The notes beneath the pieces were generated by a model. The model worked only from the letters and a program-made list of their open reading frames with translations, was not told the DNA's origin and made no database searches. Source: Verrucomicrobiia bacterium (GTDB lineage: Bacteria > Verrucomicrobiota > Verrucomicrobiia > Palsa-1439). Taken from it: DNA of 64,000 nucleotides. A program made the translations under genes and the position numbers. The stretch is taken from positions 65,045 through 129,044 of the forward strand of contig JBEKLM010000001.1 in NCBI GenBank assembly GCA_050010195.1. The letters run 5' to 3'. This document shows, one piece after another, positions 38,301 to 47,861 of this stretch (position 1 is the first letter of the stretch; every line of letters begins with the position of its first letter).

Positions 38301-38428
38301 AGGTTGCGAAATACGCCCAGCAATTGCGTGCTTATGAGGCCGCGCTCCGGCAAGTGGCTGGCATCGAGCTTGCTCAGAAGCTGCTGTTTTTCCTGGTCGA
38401 TGGAACGGTTAAAGAAGTGAGCGAATGA
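35342..38428 (+). CDS. addA: AddA/RexA-like UvrD-family helicase with C-terminal PD-(D/E)XK nuclease domain
   Basis: Walker A AAAGTGKTT, UvrD motifs (FVLVDEFQDTD, VGDPKQSIYGFRRAD, TMHKAKGLEFPVV). C-terminal nuclease GKIDLLFCENGRWVLVDYKTD. Confidence 0.85.
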   Translation: MTRPVDHAARESAANDLDATLFIEAAAGTGKTTALVARILSAVSKGRARLREIVAITFTEKAAGELKLRLREKLEETLKGDKLAEAWSDLERAHITTIHSFCAWVLRERPVEAVVDPQFVVADELQRQLLFEEAWEGWLEAELAKNPSALRQALMRGVELEKLPELVALLVDHRDRLAVAKLPVPVPLDVAKAVAELKSSAPALERCLKHFVERKEKTYLRARTLLDTLPALERASIERQVAVLRSLEMITPRAMAHFDGEAAFHEMKDVVKNLKSLLEDFNTAADHNLLVELVTWLRGFINHFQKVKHERAILDFDDLLVKARDLLRDRTEVRNDLQRRFKFVLVDEFQDTDPVQTELVLLLGEGASGKLFVVGDPKQSIYGFRRADIEMYAGTRNQIEQTGKTLTFQQNFRSKSTILDWVNEVFSKILVKPEHGNYQPEYIALKPRPDLKTTEAAVTLLRPKQFLKATADELRRVEAAAVARYLYQQVATGACQWGDVALLFRSFTGVETYSDVLHQHGVPCRIIGGKGYYQRQEIQTLSSLLSCLDNPADKLNLAATLRSPLFGWADELVFLISQKSKLDYLADVPADMPEQARSTFTLLRELHNRRHDFSVPGYVDHVFARARICEAFFASQPDGAQCVANLLKALELARQLESLGLRSVRAFVRRLHETVLGGVEEEPSPASEETDNVVRILTMHKAKGLEFPVVVLADLAGRSSDAGAKLLFRPDGRWELRFAGMRTAGFDEADQEQGKREEAEEIRLLYVAATRAKERLVIPWFAEKGGRIDLLARGFKPEAGALVEAPDLESLGAWGVEGGKTEARTTPVKQLADRRREWQESRSKLLVRAARPFARVSPSKLATEAEPRDDEPVGAEREKAMDFGSAVHDALEIVDLQATAAQQRGQIEQFVAQTGLSDGNKRRAVELVSNALGSELLARARRADQVYRELPFTEVVDEGLMEGKIDLLFCENGRWVLVDYKTDARVEVAKYAQQLRAYEAALRQVAGIELAQKLLFFLVDGTVKEVSE

Positions 38429-39147
38429 TCAAAGTGGACATGCATATGCACTCGGGAGAAGACCCCGAGGACGGGTTGCGCTATCCGGCGACGGCGTTGA
38501 TCGACCGCGCCGTTGAACTCGGTTACAGCGCGATTGCCATCACCCTCCACTGCCGTGTGCTCGAAGATGAGCGGGTCTTCGAGTACGCGCGGCAGAAGGG
38601 GCTGCTGCTCATACGCGCGGTCGAGTGGAACATCCAGGGGCGCGATGTGTTGCTCTACAATATCACCCAGCGCGATGCGGAAAAGCTGCTCACATTCGAC
38701 GATCTTCGCGCCTACAAGCGCGAGCGCGGTGAGGATCTCTTGATCGTGGCGCCACACCCGTGCTACCCGAAAGGTCACAGTCTGGGTCCGGACTTCGAGC
38801 CGAACATCGACCTGTTTGAGGCGGTCGAGTATGCATCGATGCATTTTTCCTGGCTGGATATCTTCAACCAGCGCGCGATGCGGATCGCACGGAAACACCA
38901 GAAACCAGTGGTCGCGAGTTCCGACGCGCACAATCTGTGGATGTTCGGCCGCCATTACACGATGGTGGATGCCGAACCGACAATGTCATCGATCTTTCGG
39001 GCCATCCGCGAAGGGCGCGTCGAGCCGCACAGTCCGCCGGTCAAGATGTGGACGTCCCTGCGCATGTTCTTTTGGGATCCGCTGGTGGAGCGCAAACCGG
39101 GTGAGATCATGGAGAGCTTCCCAGGCGCGCCCTCCAAAGTCGGTTGA
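38425..39147 (+). CDS. PHP-domain (polymerase/histidinol-phosphatase fold) metal-dependent phosphoesterase
   Basis: MIKVDMHMHSGEDPEDG…HPCYPKG…SSDAHNL His/Asp metal-ligand pattern of PHP domains. Start overlaps the addA stop. Confidence 0.75.
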   Translation: MIKVDMHMHSGEDPEDGLRYPATALIDRAVELGYSAIAITLHCRVLEDERVFEYARQKGLLLIRAVEWNIQGRDVLLYNITQRDAEKLLTFDDLRAYKRERGEDLLIVAPHPCYPKGHSLGPDFEPNIDLFEAVEYASMHFSWLDIFNQRAMRIARKHQKPVVASSDAHNLWMFGRHYTMVDAEPTMSSIFRAIREGRVEPHSPPVKMWTSLRMFFWDPLVERKPGEIMESFPGAPSKVG

Positions 39148-39157
39148 GCCGCCAGCT

Positions 39158-40036
39158 TCAGATGCCAAGTTTATCGTCGCGCGTGAAAAACGAGGCGACG
39201 AAGTGGAACATGGTAAAGTACTCGAGGGCGAACGGCAGAAAACCGAGGAAGCCGACGAGGGGCATCTGGAAGTACCTCGCATTCTGGCCAAGTGGAAAAA
39301 TATAGACCCACTTGGTGTAGGCCCACATGTTCCAAAACTCCCACAGCACGCCGCACATAGCCCCCGCCCCGAACAATTGCAGCGTGCGCGACAGGTCACC
39401 GTATTGCCAATCGCGGTAGATGCTGGGCAGGCCCCGCCAATAGTTGAACGGTTCCAGCAGGAAGAACCAGCCCATCCACACGAACGCCCACAAATAACCT
39501 CGCGTGTGGGGTGGCATCAAGGGCGGCACGAGGACAAAGACCGCGCCCACCACGACCGATGTGACGAGCACGCCGTGACTCCACCGAATTTTCGGCATCC
39601 AGGCCCTCCCAAAGATTTCGTGACTCTGGAGAAACTCGCAGGTCAGGAATAACGCCGGCATGATCGTGGCAAAGGCCATGGCGTATCCCAACAAACGCAC
39701 GGACAGGTTTTGTTCCAGATGCACGTAGCGCCAGCCCGGCATCACCCGATTGTACGCCTCGAACAAGCACCAGAAGACGATGGACAGGATGCATTGAATG
39801 ACCAGCGACTCGCGCCGGTCCGTCAGCAGTGACGTGCCCTTGCGGCGGTAGATCCAGGCGTCAACGATCAGGATGTACGCCCACCAGCAGACGGGTGTGG
39901 TCCACGTGGTAATTCGCCACCACGCGACTTCCGGAAATGCATCCGTTTGCGAGCAGAAAACCGCCGTCTCCATCAACAAGAGAATAATCAGGCCGAGGGT
40001 TCCGTACTGCGGAAAGCGGTGGCGATAGCCATTCAT
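39158..40036 (-). CDS. Polytopic membrane protein, hypothetical
   Basis: Start MNGYRHRFPQYGTLGLIILLLMETAVF at revcomp ATG 40034-40036; ~8 TM. The ORF-track N-terminal 142 aa (Arg-rich) look spurious. Overlaps the upstream gene stop (ATGA). Confidence 0.5.
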   Translation of the reverse strand: MNGYRHRFPQYGTLGLIILLLMETAVFCSQTDAFPEVAWWRITTWTTPVCWWAYILIVDAWIYRRKGTSLLTDRRESLVIQCILSIVFWCLFEAYNRVMPGWRYVHLEQNLSVRLLGYAMAFATIMPALFLTCEFLQSHEIFGRAWMPKIRWSHGVLVTSVVVGAVFVLVPPLMPPHTRGYLWAFVWMGWFFLLEPFNYWRGLPSIYRDWQYGDLSRTLQLFGAGAMCGVLWEFWNMWAYTKWVYIFPLGQNARYFQMPLVGFLGFLPFALEYFTMFHFVASFFTRDDKLGI

Positions 40037-40803
40037 GGGCTGTCGGCGTCGTCGTCCTCGGGATGGTCCAAATTGGAAAGGTGTCGCAACACGGCGTCCT
40101 TGCAGCTCCACGCCAGGGACAACGTCAGGGAAAACGGCAACAACAGCACGATGATCACGAGCAGGTTGGCATGGCTGAGGACGAACCGCACTTCGGAAAG
40201 CAGGTCGCCCTTCTGCAAGACGGCGCTCACGACAATGTACGCAAGGATACCCGCGAAGGGGAGAAGCAACAGCCCGATGTTGCCCGTGCCGAACACGCGC
40301 GATTCGAGCGCCATGTCCTTGCGTCTCAGGGTCGCCGCCAACACGGCGACCACGCGGTTGAAAGCAATCATGTACAGGATGCCGGCGGCGGCGAATGCAA
40401 AGACATTGGTCAGCAGGTAGTCGTTGTCCGGAACGCGCCGCCACAGGTAGACAAACAAGCAAAAATACATCATCAACCCCGCCAGGGCCAGCGTGGTCAG
40501 CGTCCGACGATGCCAGAGGTCTCCCAAACTGCGCACCTGATACAACCGCCAGGTACCAACCGTCGTCGCCAACACGCCCAGCCCAAGAAAAAGTTCCGCA
40601 AACGGTGGGATGTCGCTGAGGATCAATAACTGCGCCCCCATCAGCACGGTCACGAGCAGTCCCCAGAAAATGAAATAAAAACCCTGCCCGAGACGGACGT
40701 AATCGCGCGCGGGAACCTGGAGATTCACGCCAACCCCAGGCAACGCGGCAACCGGTTCGAGCCTCGTCGCCGCCTGCGCGGCCGCGTCAATTGTATCCGA
40801 CAT
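40033..40803 (-). CDS. Polytopic membrane protein, hypothetical
   Basis: 256 aa, ~6 TM, acidic C-terminus (HPEDDDADSP); translationally coupled to the downstream membrane-protein gene. Confidence 0.5.
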   Translation of the reverse strand: MSDTIDAAAQAATRLEPVAALPGVGVNLQVPARDYVRLGQGFYFIFWGLLVTVLMGAQLLILSDIPPFAELFLGLGVLATTVGTWRLYQVRSLGDLWHRRTLTTLALAGLMMYFCLFVYLWRRVPDNDYLLTNVFAFAAAGILYMIAFNRVVAVLAATLRRKDMALESRVFGTGNIGLLLLPFAGILAYIVVSAVLQKGDLLSEVRFVLSHANLLVIIVLLLPFSLTLSLAWSCKDAVLRHLSNLDHPEDDDADSP

Positions 40804-41428
40804 GTTTGTTCGGCAGTCTGCCCTGAAGTGATTTCCAGAGTTCGAACTGGTTGATTTTCCGTTGCAGCAGGGCCACGAGTTTCTCCAGCCGTTCGTTCGT
40901 GTCCAGGGTCTCCAGCATCAACTGCTTCTCGTAGTAATCGTCCAGCAGCGTGTAACTCACGAGGTCGGAAAGGTAATCCGCGTTCTTGACCGAACGCAAG
41001 GCGGAGAGGACGGATTTCGGCAGTTCCACGCCCATGCGCGCCCGCGCTCTCGCCAGTTGTGTGACCATCTTGAGCAACGGCGTGCGTTGAGTGGCCTCGG
41101 CTTCATCGGAACTTTTCAACGGCTCCACGCGCGCCACGCGGTACGGTCGCAGTTTCACGTACTCGGTCACGCGCACCCGCGCTACGCCTTCCAAAATCAC
41201 ATTGGCCGAGCCGTCGGGGCGCGCCACGCACGTGCGAATCACGCCGATCCCGGCAATCGGGTGGGGTGTGGGATTGTTGCCTTCCAGTTCCCAACCCTTG
41301 CGCAGCAGCGCCACCGCAAACATCCGCTCGCCGTTCAGGCAATCCGCCAGCATCTGCTTGTAGCGCGGCTCAAAAATATACAGCGGGAGCAACACTCGCG
41401 GAAACAGGATCGCGTTGGGCAACGGCAT
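40787..41428 (-). CDS. Stand-alone Lon N-terminal (LON substrate-binding, PUA-like) domain protein
   Basis: MPLPNAILFPRVLLPLYIFEPRYKQML… matches the Lon N-domain consensus (LPlFPL..vlfPg..lpL.IFEpRY). ~213 aa, no ATPase/protease domains. Confidence 0.7.
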   Translation of the reverse strand: MPLPNAILFPRVLLPLYIFEPRYKQMLADCLNGERMFAVALLRKGWELEGNNPTPHPIAGIGVIRTCVARPDGSANVILEGVARVRVTEYVKLRPYRVARVEPLKSSDEAEATQRTPLLKMVTQLARARARMGVELPKSVLSALRSVKNADYLSDLVSYTLLDDYYEKQLMLETLDTNERLEKLVALLQRKINQFELWKSLQGRLPNKHVGYN

Positions 41429-41521
41429 GACGGCTATTTGCTTCGGCAGCCTCACCCCTCCAGTATAACCGTTGTGGTCGCGCCCGTCAAAGCGTTCCCG
41501 TGAAACCCTTCTGTACCGGGA

Positions 41522-41998
41522 CTATTCCAGGCTCTTTCGCAACTCGGCATACAGCTCCTCCAACGCCTGGGGAACGACGTGCGTGTCGGCCAGCACGGGC
41601 ATGAAGTTCGTGTCGCCGTTCCACCGCGGGACGATGTGCATGTGGAGGTGGTCGAGCACGCCCGCACCGGCGCACCGGCCCAGATTGATGCCGATATTGA
41701 ACCCCTCGGGCTTGAGCGCCTTGGCGAGCAACTGTTTGCAGCGGCGGCTCAGTGCCATGAATTCGGAAAGTTCCTGCTCGGACAGGTCATCCAGTTCGCC
41801 CGTGTGCTTGTACGGCGCGACCATCAAATGGCCCGCGTTGTACGGAAATGTGTTCAGCAGCGCGAAACAGTTCCGCTCGCGTATCAGGATCAGGTTCTTC
41901 GCGTCATCGGACTCCTGCGATTTCCGACAGAAAAAACAGCCCGTCTCCCGTTCCCCCAGTATGTACCGAATCCGCCACGGCGCCCAGAGATGTTCCAT
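41522..41998 (-). CDS. HIT-family (histidine triad) nucleotide hydrolase/transferase
   Basis: HLHMHIVPR histidine triad near C-terminus; start MEHLWAPWR at revcomp ATG 41996-41998. Confidence 0.8.
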   Translation of the reverse strand: MEHLWAPWRIRYILGERETGCFFCRKSQESDDAKNLILIRERNCFALLNTFPYNAGHLMVAPYKHTGELDDLSEQELSEFMALSRRCKQLLAKALKPEGFNIGINLGRCAGAGVLDHLHMHIVPRWNGDTNFMPVLADTHVVPQALEELYAELRKSLE

Positions 41999-42199
41999 CC
42001 CGCGGTTATAGAACTGCCACGCCGACAAGTCAACGCACCTCCTTTCCACCCACGCCCTCTCGGTCAGTCAGGCCAATATCAGCCGCTGGCTCAGCGAAGG
42101 CCACGAGCCCTCCACCGACGTGCTCATCCGCATCGCGGCGGTGACGCAATCAACACCGCGCCGCTTGACACCACGCCGCACCATCCGCAAACTACCGCC

Positions 42200-43324
42200 A
42201 TGCCTGTCGCGGCCACAAAGACCAAATCCATCTACCTCATCGGAGGCGCGGACGAGTTTTCGATCAAGGAAACGGCGGCCAAGCTGGCCGACAAGCTCGC
42301 CCCGAAAAAGGCGGGCGAATTCGGATTGGAGATCATCGAAGGCTCGGCGACGAACCAGGATGAAGCCCTGAAGGTCCTCTCCCGCCTGCGTGAGGCGTTG
42401 AGTACGGTCGGTTTGTTCGGCGGCGGCGACAAACTCGTCTGGCTGAAAAATACCGACCTTCTCGCCGATAGCCCGACAACCCGCGCCGAGGCGGTGAAGG
42501 AGTCGCTGGCCGAACTTGCCGACCTGCTCAAGGCCGGTTTGGGCGGGGGCGTAACACTGCTCATCAGCGCCATCGGCACCGACCGCCGCAAGACGCTCTA
42601 CAAAACACTCGAAAAAGTCGGTGAGGTCCAATTCTTCGAGGCGCTCGAAGAAGGCAAGGGTGACGCCGACGAGGATATCGAGGCGTTCATCCAGTCGAAG
42701 TCGCGCGCCGACGGCAAGACGATGAATCCTGAGGCAGTGCAAACGTTTCGCGAACTGGTCGCGCCGAACCTGCGCGAAATCGCCAACGAATTGGAGAAAC
42801 TTTTCGTCTACGTCGGCAAACGCACCGCCGTCACGAAAGAAGACGTTCGCGCCATTTGCTCGGCCTCGCGCCAGGCCGTCATCTGGGAATTGACCGACGC
42901 GCTCGGCGCGCGCCGCACGTCGCAGGCCATCCACGCATTGGAAAACCTCCTCGACGCGGGCGAGCAACCGATGGGCGTGTTGATGATGCTGGTCGCGCAA
43001 TTCCGATTGATGTTGCTCGCCCGCGACCTGATGCAGCGCAAGCTGATCACCGCCCGCGACGGTCAGGGCGGCAACTTCGAGTTCGTGAAAGCCTTCGAGC
43101 GGCTGCCCGAACAAACGACCGCCCATTTTCCGCGGACGAAGGAGGGCGCGCTCCCCAACGCCTGGCGCCTGTACCGCTGCGCGCTCGCCGCGAAGAATTT
43201 CACCACTACGGAACTGATCCGCGCCATGGATTTGCTGTTGGAGGCGAACCACCAACTCGTTTCCACGCAACTCGACGACAGGCTTGTCTTGGAAGAGACG
43301 ATCGCTAAAATCGCCCTGAAGTGA
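42200..43324 (+). CDS. holA: DNA polymerase III delta subunit
   Basis: MPVAATKTKSIYLIGGADEFSIKE… N-terminus and three-domain clamp-loader delta architecture (~374 aa). The ORF-track start at 41579 is an antisense extension over the HIT gene. Confidence 0.75.
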   Translation: MPVAATKTKSIYLIGGADEFSIKETAAKLADKLAPKKAGEFGLEIIEGSATNQDEALKVLSRLREALSTVGLFGGGDKLVWLKNTDLLADSPTTRAEAVKESLAELADLLKAGLGGGVTLLISAIGTDRRKTLYKTLEKVGEVQFFEALEEGKGDADEDIEAFIQSKSRADGKTMNPEAVQTFRELVAPNLREIANELEKLFVYVGKRTAVTKEDVRAICSASRQAVIWELTDALGARRTSQAIHALENLLDAGEQPMGVLMMLVAQFRLMLLARDLMQRKLITARDGQGGNFEFVKAFERLPEQTTAHFPRTKEGALPNAWRLYRCALAAKNFTTTELIRAMDLLLEANHQLVSTQLDDRLVLEETIAKIALK

Positions 43325-43404
43325 GTTGTCGGGTAAGGGTCGACCCAATTCACGGTTGACCGAGGCGCGCAAGTGGTCGGACGCATCCAAGCAGTTGGCG
43401 AGTT

Positions 43405-45738
43405 ATGGAGATTTCACGTTTACTGGCGGAACTGCATCCGCGATTGGTCCCGTTTCCAATCGTATTGCTTCTGACGGCCCTGCTGTTGGATGGCGCCGGC
43501 TTGATCTGGCGAAACGAGCGGGCGCACCAGACCGCCAAATGGCTGATGGCGGCAGGAACCGCCTCCGCGCTGCTCGCCTTCATCTGCGGCATCTGTGCCG
43601 AGATTTGGGCCGGCCGCGCCGGTGTCCCGCAACTTCCCATCGAATTCCACGAACTCGCCGCCACCGTGGCGGCGTGGGGATTCATCGGGCTCACGTCGTG
43701 GCGGCTGTTCCTCGACGGCACGCACCGCGGCGCGATGCTGGCCTACGTGGTGTGCGGCCTCGCGCTGTACGCCATGATCGGCGTCGCGGGGTATCTCGGC
43801 GGCAAGCTGGTCACCGAGTACGGCGCGTCGGTCGCCGGCGCCGACGCCAAGACGATCCTTTCGATGCACGACCTCAACACGCTCGCCGAGCGTCAGACCG
43901 ACCGCAACCTTGAGTACTCCGACTTCATGCACCACAGCGCGGGCGTGTTCGTGCTCCTGCTGACGCTGTCCATCTTCGTGCGCGAGCTGTGGCCAAACTA
44001 CGAGCCCAAGGTGCAGTGGGTTGGGCCCACGTTGTTGAAATTGGGCGGCGTGCTCCTGTTCTTTTGCGCGGATTTGGATCTCTATGCCTTGACCGACCCG
44101 CGGCAACTTCTGGATCGCGAAGCGCAGATGCACAAGCTGACCGCGCTGATCATGGTCGCGGTGGGATTACGGATGCTGTTGAAGCAGCGCAAGGCGCCCT
44201 CGGTGCAACGGACCGAAACACAGGCCCGATTCCAAAATCGTCTCATCGCGATCTTCGCCCTCATCGGCGGCGGCCTGCTGTTTACGCACGTCCATACCGT
44301 CGCGCCCTACGCCAATGTCGCCGCCGGCGTGTACATCAATCACATCACGATGGGGTTCGTCGCCCTGGCCATCGGCGCCGTCAAACTGCTCGACGACGCT
44401 CTCCCGAACCCGGCCCGCTGGCGCGCCCTGTTGTTTCCCTGTTTTCTGGGCATCGAGGCGTTTCTGCTGCTCACCTACACCGAAGGCATCCCGTGGTGGG
44501 CGGGCATCGGCCATTACAACCGCTGGGGTCCCGACGGCGGCACGATCGCCCCGTTCGGCAAGGAACGCGCCGAGTTGGTGTTTGACCACGACACCGGCCT
44601 GATGGACGTGCGCGTCCTCGCCCGATTCGCGGACATGCCGGTGCGCGTCGCCACAACCAACATCACCGTCATCGTCGCGCGCGGCTATGAGGAAACGGCG
44701 GTCCCACTCAACGCGGTCGATGCCGCGCAGGGCACCGCGTCACATTTTCAGGGCCGCGCCTTGTTCTTGGAAGACGCGACGCAGTTTGACGCCCGTCTGA
44801 CGCTGCCACTGCGTGGCAAACAGCGCACCGGCTATTTCGACCCGTGGGTCCTGCCCGTTATCCTCGGCATTCCGCCCAATGAAGTCGCCCACTACGTCTG
44901 CCCAATGCACGACGGGATCCGCTCGACCACCCCCGGCGTCTGCAAAATCTGCGGCATGCCGCTCGTGCCGCTCCAACTCACGCCGCCTCATGAACTGTAC
45001 GACCCGAAGTACACGATGACGCTGGAACGGAATGGCGACACGCTGCATTTCTCCCCGCGGCTTGCGGCCACGGGTGAGATGGTGCGAAATCTGATGGTTG
45101 TCCATGAGCATCTGCTCCATCTGATCATCGTCAGCGAGGATCTGTCGTTCTTCGACCACGTTCACCCGGTCCGCCAAACCGACGGCTCGTTCACCCTCGA
45201 TTACAAATTCCCGCATGGCGGCCATTTCCTCCTCTTCGCTGACGTCACGCCGTACGGCGAACGCGCCCAGGTGTTCCGGCTGCCCGCGACCGTTACTGGG
45301 GTAGACCTGCCAGCAGCGAAGGTCAACCTGTCTCCCACGTTGGCCCGCGAGATTGGCCCCTACCACGTCGAGATGATTGTCCAGCCGCGCACCCTCGTGG
45401 CCGAACGGGAAACGCAACTGGCGCTTCGGCTCGAACTGAACGGGAAACCCGTGACGGACCTGAGTCCGTACATCGGAGCGATGGGGCATTGCGTGATCAT
45501 CAGTGAAGACACACAATGGTATCTGCATAGTCATCCCCAGATGTTCACGATGGCGCTGCCGGCGAATGCGCGGGGCGGACCCGAGGTCGCCTTCCACACG
45601 ATGTTCCCCAAGCCCGGCCGCTACAAGGTCTGGGGACAATTCAAACGCGACGGCAAAATCATCGTCGCCGACTTCGTGGTCAATGTCGAAAAACCGCTCC
45701 TGCCCCAGTGGTTTGTCAACGCCCTGCTGTTCGATTGA
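43405..45738 (+). CDS. Large membrane protein: N-terminal DUF2231-like multi-TM domain + CPxH…CxxC heavy-metal-binding domain + C-terminal beta-rich domain
   Basis: N-terminal ~330 aa with ~8 TM. Central AHYVCPMHDGIRSTTPGVCKICGMPL matches the heavy-metal-binding domain found at N-termini of CopA/CusB-type proteins. His-rich C-terminal domain (HEHLLHLIIVSEDLSFFDHVHP…HSHPQM). Confidence 0.6.
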   Translation: MEISRLLAELHPRLVPFPIVLLLTALLLDGAGLIWRNERAHQTAKWLMAAGTASALLAFICGICAEIWAGRAGVPQLPIEFHELAATVAAWGFIGLTSWRLFLDGTHRGAMLAYVVCGLALYAMIGVAGYLGGKLVTEYGASVAGADAKTILSMHDLNTLAERQTDRNLEYSDFMHHSAGVFVLLLTLSIFVRELWPNYEPKVQWVGPTLLKLGGVLLFFCADLDLYALTDPRQLLDREAQMHKLTALIMVAVGLRMLLKQRKAPSVQRTETQARFQNRLIAIFALIGGGLLFTHVHTVAPYANVAAGVYINHITMGFVALAIGAVKLLDDALPNPARWRALLFPCFLGIEAFLLLTYTEGIPWWAGIGHYNRWGPDGGTIAPFGKERAELVFDHDTGLMDVRVLARFADMPVRVATTNITVIVARGYEETAVPLNAVDAAQGTASHFQGRALFLEDATQFDARLTLPLRGKQRTGYFDPWVLPVILGIPPNEVAHYVCPMHDGIRSTTPGVCKICGMPLVPLQLTPPHELYDPKYTMTLERNGDTLHFSPRLAATGEMVRNLMVVHEHLLHLIIVSEDLSFFDHVHPVRQTDGSFTLDYKFPHGGHFLLFADVTPYGERAQVFRLPATVTGVDLPAAKVNLSPTLAREIGPYHVEMIVQPRTLVAERETQLALRLELNGKPVTDLSPYIGAMGHCVIISEDTQWYLHSHPQMFTMALPANARGGPEVAFHTMFPKPGRYKVWGQFKRDGKIIVADFVVNVEKPLLPQWFVNALLFD

Positions 45739-45750
45739 GGCCTGTTGTAG

Positions 45751-45767
45751 GCCGCGTGCCCTCACGC
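45751..45767 (+). terminator. Hairpin gccgcgtg-ccctca-cgcggc immediately after the 777-aa gene, preceded by TGTAGG
   Basis: 8-bp GC stem 45751-45758/45765-45772 region followed by gtttgg (weak U-tract). Shares the TGTAGG+hairpin format with the 23115-23600 repeat units. Confidence 0.3.
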
Positions 45768-46450
45768 GGCGTTTGGAGGTCGGAGCTCCCGCCGAGCCGC
45801 ATTAGAGGGCATTTAACCGCGAATGGACGCAAAGCCCCGGAGGCGAGTCTTATTCCATGATACATCGGTATCCGATGCATCGTGGGAGTGGGACCTTCGC
45901 AGATTCAGGACCAGCCCTTCGACGCTGCCCGGGGCAGGCGAGCGTGGGGATACATGGTAGTGCCATGTATCTTGTTCAAGGGCGGGGCGAAGGTGGCGGG
46001 AGGAAAGAGTTGAGGACGGGGAAACAACAAGAACTACATACTACAGAGTCGACCCCGCTTACCATCGCCATGTCTGCCAATAGTCAATGACTGACCCGCT
46101 CACACAGGTGATCTTCCAGATGGCGGAGGTGGCGATCCCACGGGAATTGTTCCGGACTATTCTGGAACGGATTGGGTGGCTGAGATTGCCGACACCGCAG
46201 GCGGGTTGACCACCGCCGGTCGAAGGCGTTGGAATGGGAGTGCGATGGAAGATGATTGTGTTGATGCTCGGTCAAAATTCGCTGCGGAGCCCAGTGGCGG
46301 GCAGAAACGATGTCGCCAAAGTCAGAAATCAAGTCTTGGGATGGAAAAATAAAGCTCGCAGACACTGTCAGCGGTAGTAAAATGACACGCAACCAGCTTC
46401 AACGTCCCGCGATGGTCGCGGGAGCAAGTCATATGGGAAATGTCGGATAA

Positions 46451-46723
46451 TTGGAAATAGCAATGACGCGACTGCCCAAAATTCTTTACGTTGTTTCTGC
46501 GGTGGCATTTGTGGTTCAGATCATTCTCGGATACTTGCGAAAAAAGCTCTATGGATTCGGCGATCCGCAGGACCACCTCAGGCTTCCGGGAGACCCAGCC
46601 ATGGGAAGGACATATTACCATTATGGGGGCAAACAAGAAATGCTTCTCAAGCTACGCGTGTGTTTCGTGATTATCTTCATCATATCCTTGGTTCTAGCTG
46701 TTATTCTGTCCATTATTACATGA
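46451..46723 (+). CDS. Small two-TM membrane protein, hypothetical (low-GC islet)
   Basis: MTRLPKILYVVSAVAFVVQIILGYL … CFVIIFIISLVLAVILSIIT; AT-rich codon usage unlike the host. Confidence 0.3.
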   Translation: MEIAMTRLPKILYVVSAVAFVVQIILGYLRKKLYGFGDPQDHLRLPGDPAMGRTYYHYGGKQEMLLKLRVCFVIIFIISLVLAVILSIIT

Positions 46724-46868
46724 AAAACTGTTCCGCACGCCTAACAGCCGACACCCCGGCGCTGAATACGCCAAGTCAGAGAATTTGGACTGGTATTGCG
46801 TTGTTTCGAGATGGAGGTGTCAGATAAGCCTTTGGAATAGACTATTCGGCATTAAACAAATCAGTTCA

Positions 46869-47528
46869 ATGTTGGGGGCTACAGCATCCGTAAGGAATGG
46901 TGATAACTGGTATTTCGCTGAGGACAAAGCTCGCTCATTGAGTCAGGTTGTGCTGACCTCTAACCCTGAAAACAAGGTTGCGTCGCGCTTTTCGTCCACT
47001 TTTACATTCCCGAGAGAGTATTCAGGCCTGTTATATGCTTCTCCACTGGCAACAGGCTTCTTTCGGACCGACCGTTACCCTGGCCCCTATATGTTGATCC
47101 GAACGGATGGGAGCTTTGGCGGTAAAGTTGAATTGGTCGATTCAATGGCGACATTTCGTGTTGCCTTTACATTTGTTCAGATGCCGACAAGTGGGATCGT
47201 TGCTGTCTTCGTTGCGAGCGATTTTCTTCAATCTATTTCAAAAAGGGGATTTCTTGAGCAAATCTATGGTCTTGACGACGCGAAAACGCAGACGCTCCTC
47301 TCGGACGCGATCAACAAAGACGGGCTTGATGTTGTCTTGGCGGGAGACAGTGGTTATAAATATGACATGAAAATACCATTCGACGACTCATGCAAGCAGG
47401 TTCTCGCAAAAGAGTGGAACGCAATATTATCGCATCATAGGAAAATTCGAGGCCCGGATTTTGAAGCAGCAGGGCGTCGTCTCTTTGAACTTTTCCCAGC
47501 AGGAACTAATCCAATTCTTCCAGCCTGA
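46869..47528 (+). CDS. Hypothetical protein (low-GC islet)
   Basis: 220 aa from ATG 46869 (MLGATASVRNGDNWYF…), no recognisable domain; atypical composition for this genome. Confidence 0.4.
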   Translation: MLGATASVRNGDNWYFAEDKARSLSQVVLTSNPENKVASRFSSTFTFPREYSGLLYASPLATGFFRTDRYPGPYMLIRTDGSFGGKVELVDSMATFRVAFTFVQMPTSGIVAVFVASDFLQSISKRGFLEQIYGLDDAKTQTLLSDAINKDGLDVVLAGDSGYKYDMKIPFDDSCKQVLAKEWNAILSHHRKIRGPDFEAAGRRLFELFPAGTNPILPA

Positions 47529-47593
47529 AAATAGGCGCAACTGGCGACAAATCGTTCCCTGTGCCAGAGAAAATCGTCAAAGGGGTCTGTCAT

Positions 47594-47861
47594 TGACTCT
47601 TGACGTCCTTGCCTGAAGCAAGCCCCTCAACGAGCTTGGGTTTGTCAAATATACAAGCCCCGCTCGTGATTTTCTCGACCACGGAATACCGAGGAAGGAC
47701 CGCCTAACTATCTCGCTGCCCACCGAGTCCCCAGAACCAAGCATAACCGCCGAGTGCGTTGGGGCACAGTTGTTGTTCGCATGCACTCATCCTGGCTTCG
47801 GACAGGGCTTTTCGTACTACAAACTGCGGGCACCGGGGTCAACTCCTGACTCTTGACGTCC
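47594..47861. repeat. 15-nt direct repeat TGACTCTTGACGTCC (47594-47608 and 47847-47861), each preceded by GGGGTC
   Basis: Two identical 15-mers 253 bp apart at the right edge of the low-GC islet, the second just 3' of dsbD. Confidence 0.5.

Noticed and set aside
42068-45765. Minus-strand ORFs 42068-43390, 43420-44133, 44740-45765 opposite holA and the 777-aa membrane protein
   Set aside because: Shadow ORFs of high-GC coding sequence.
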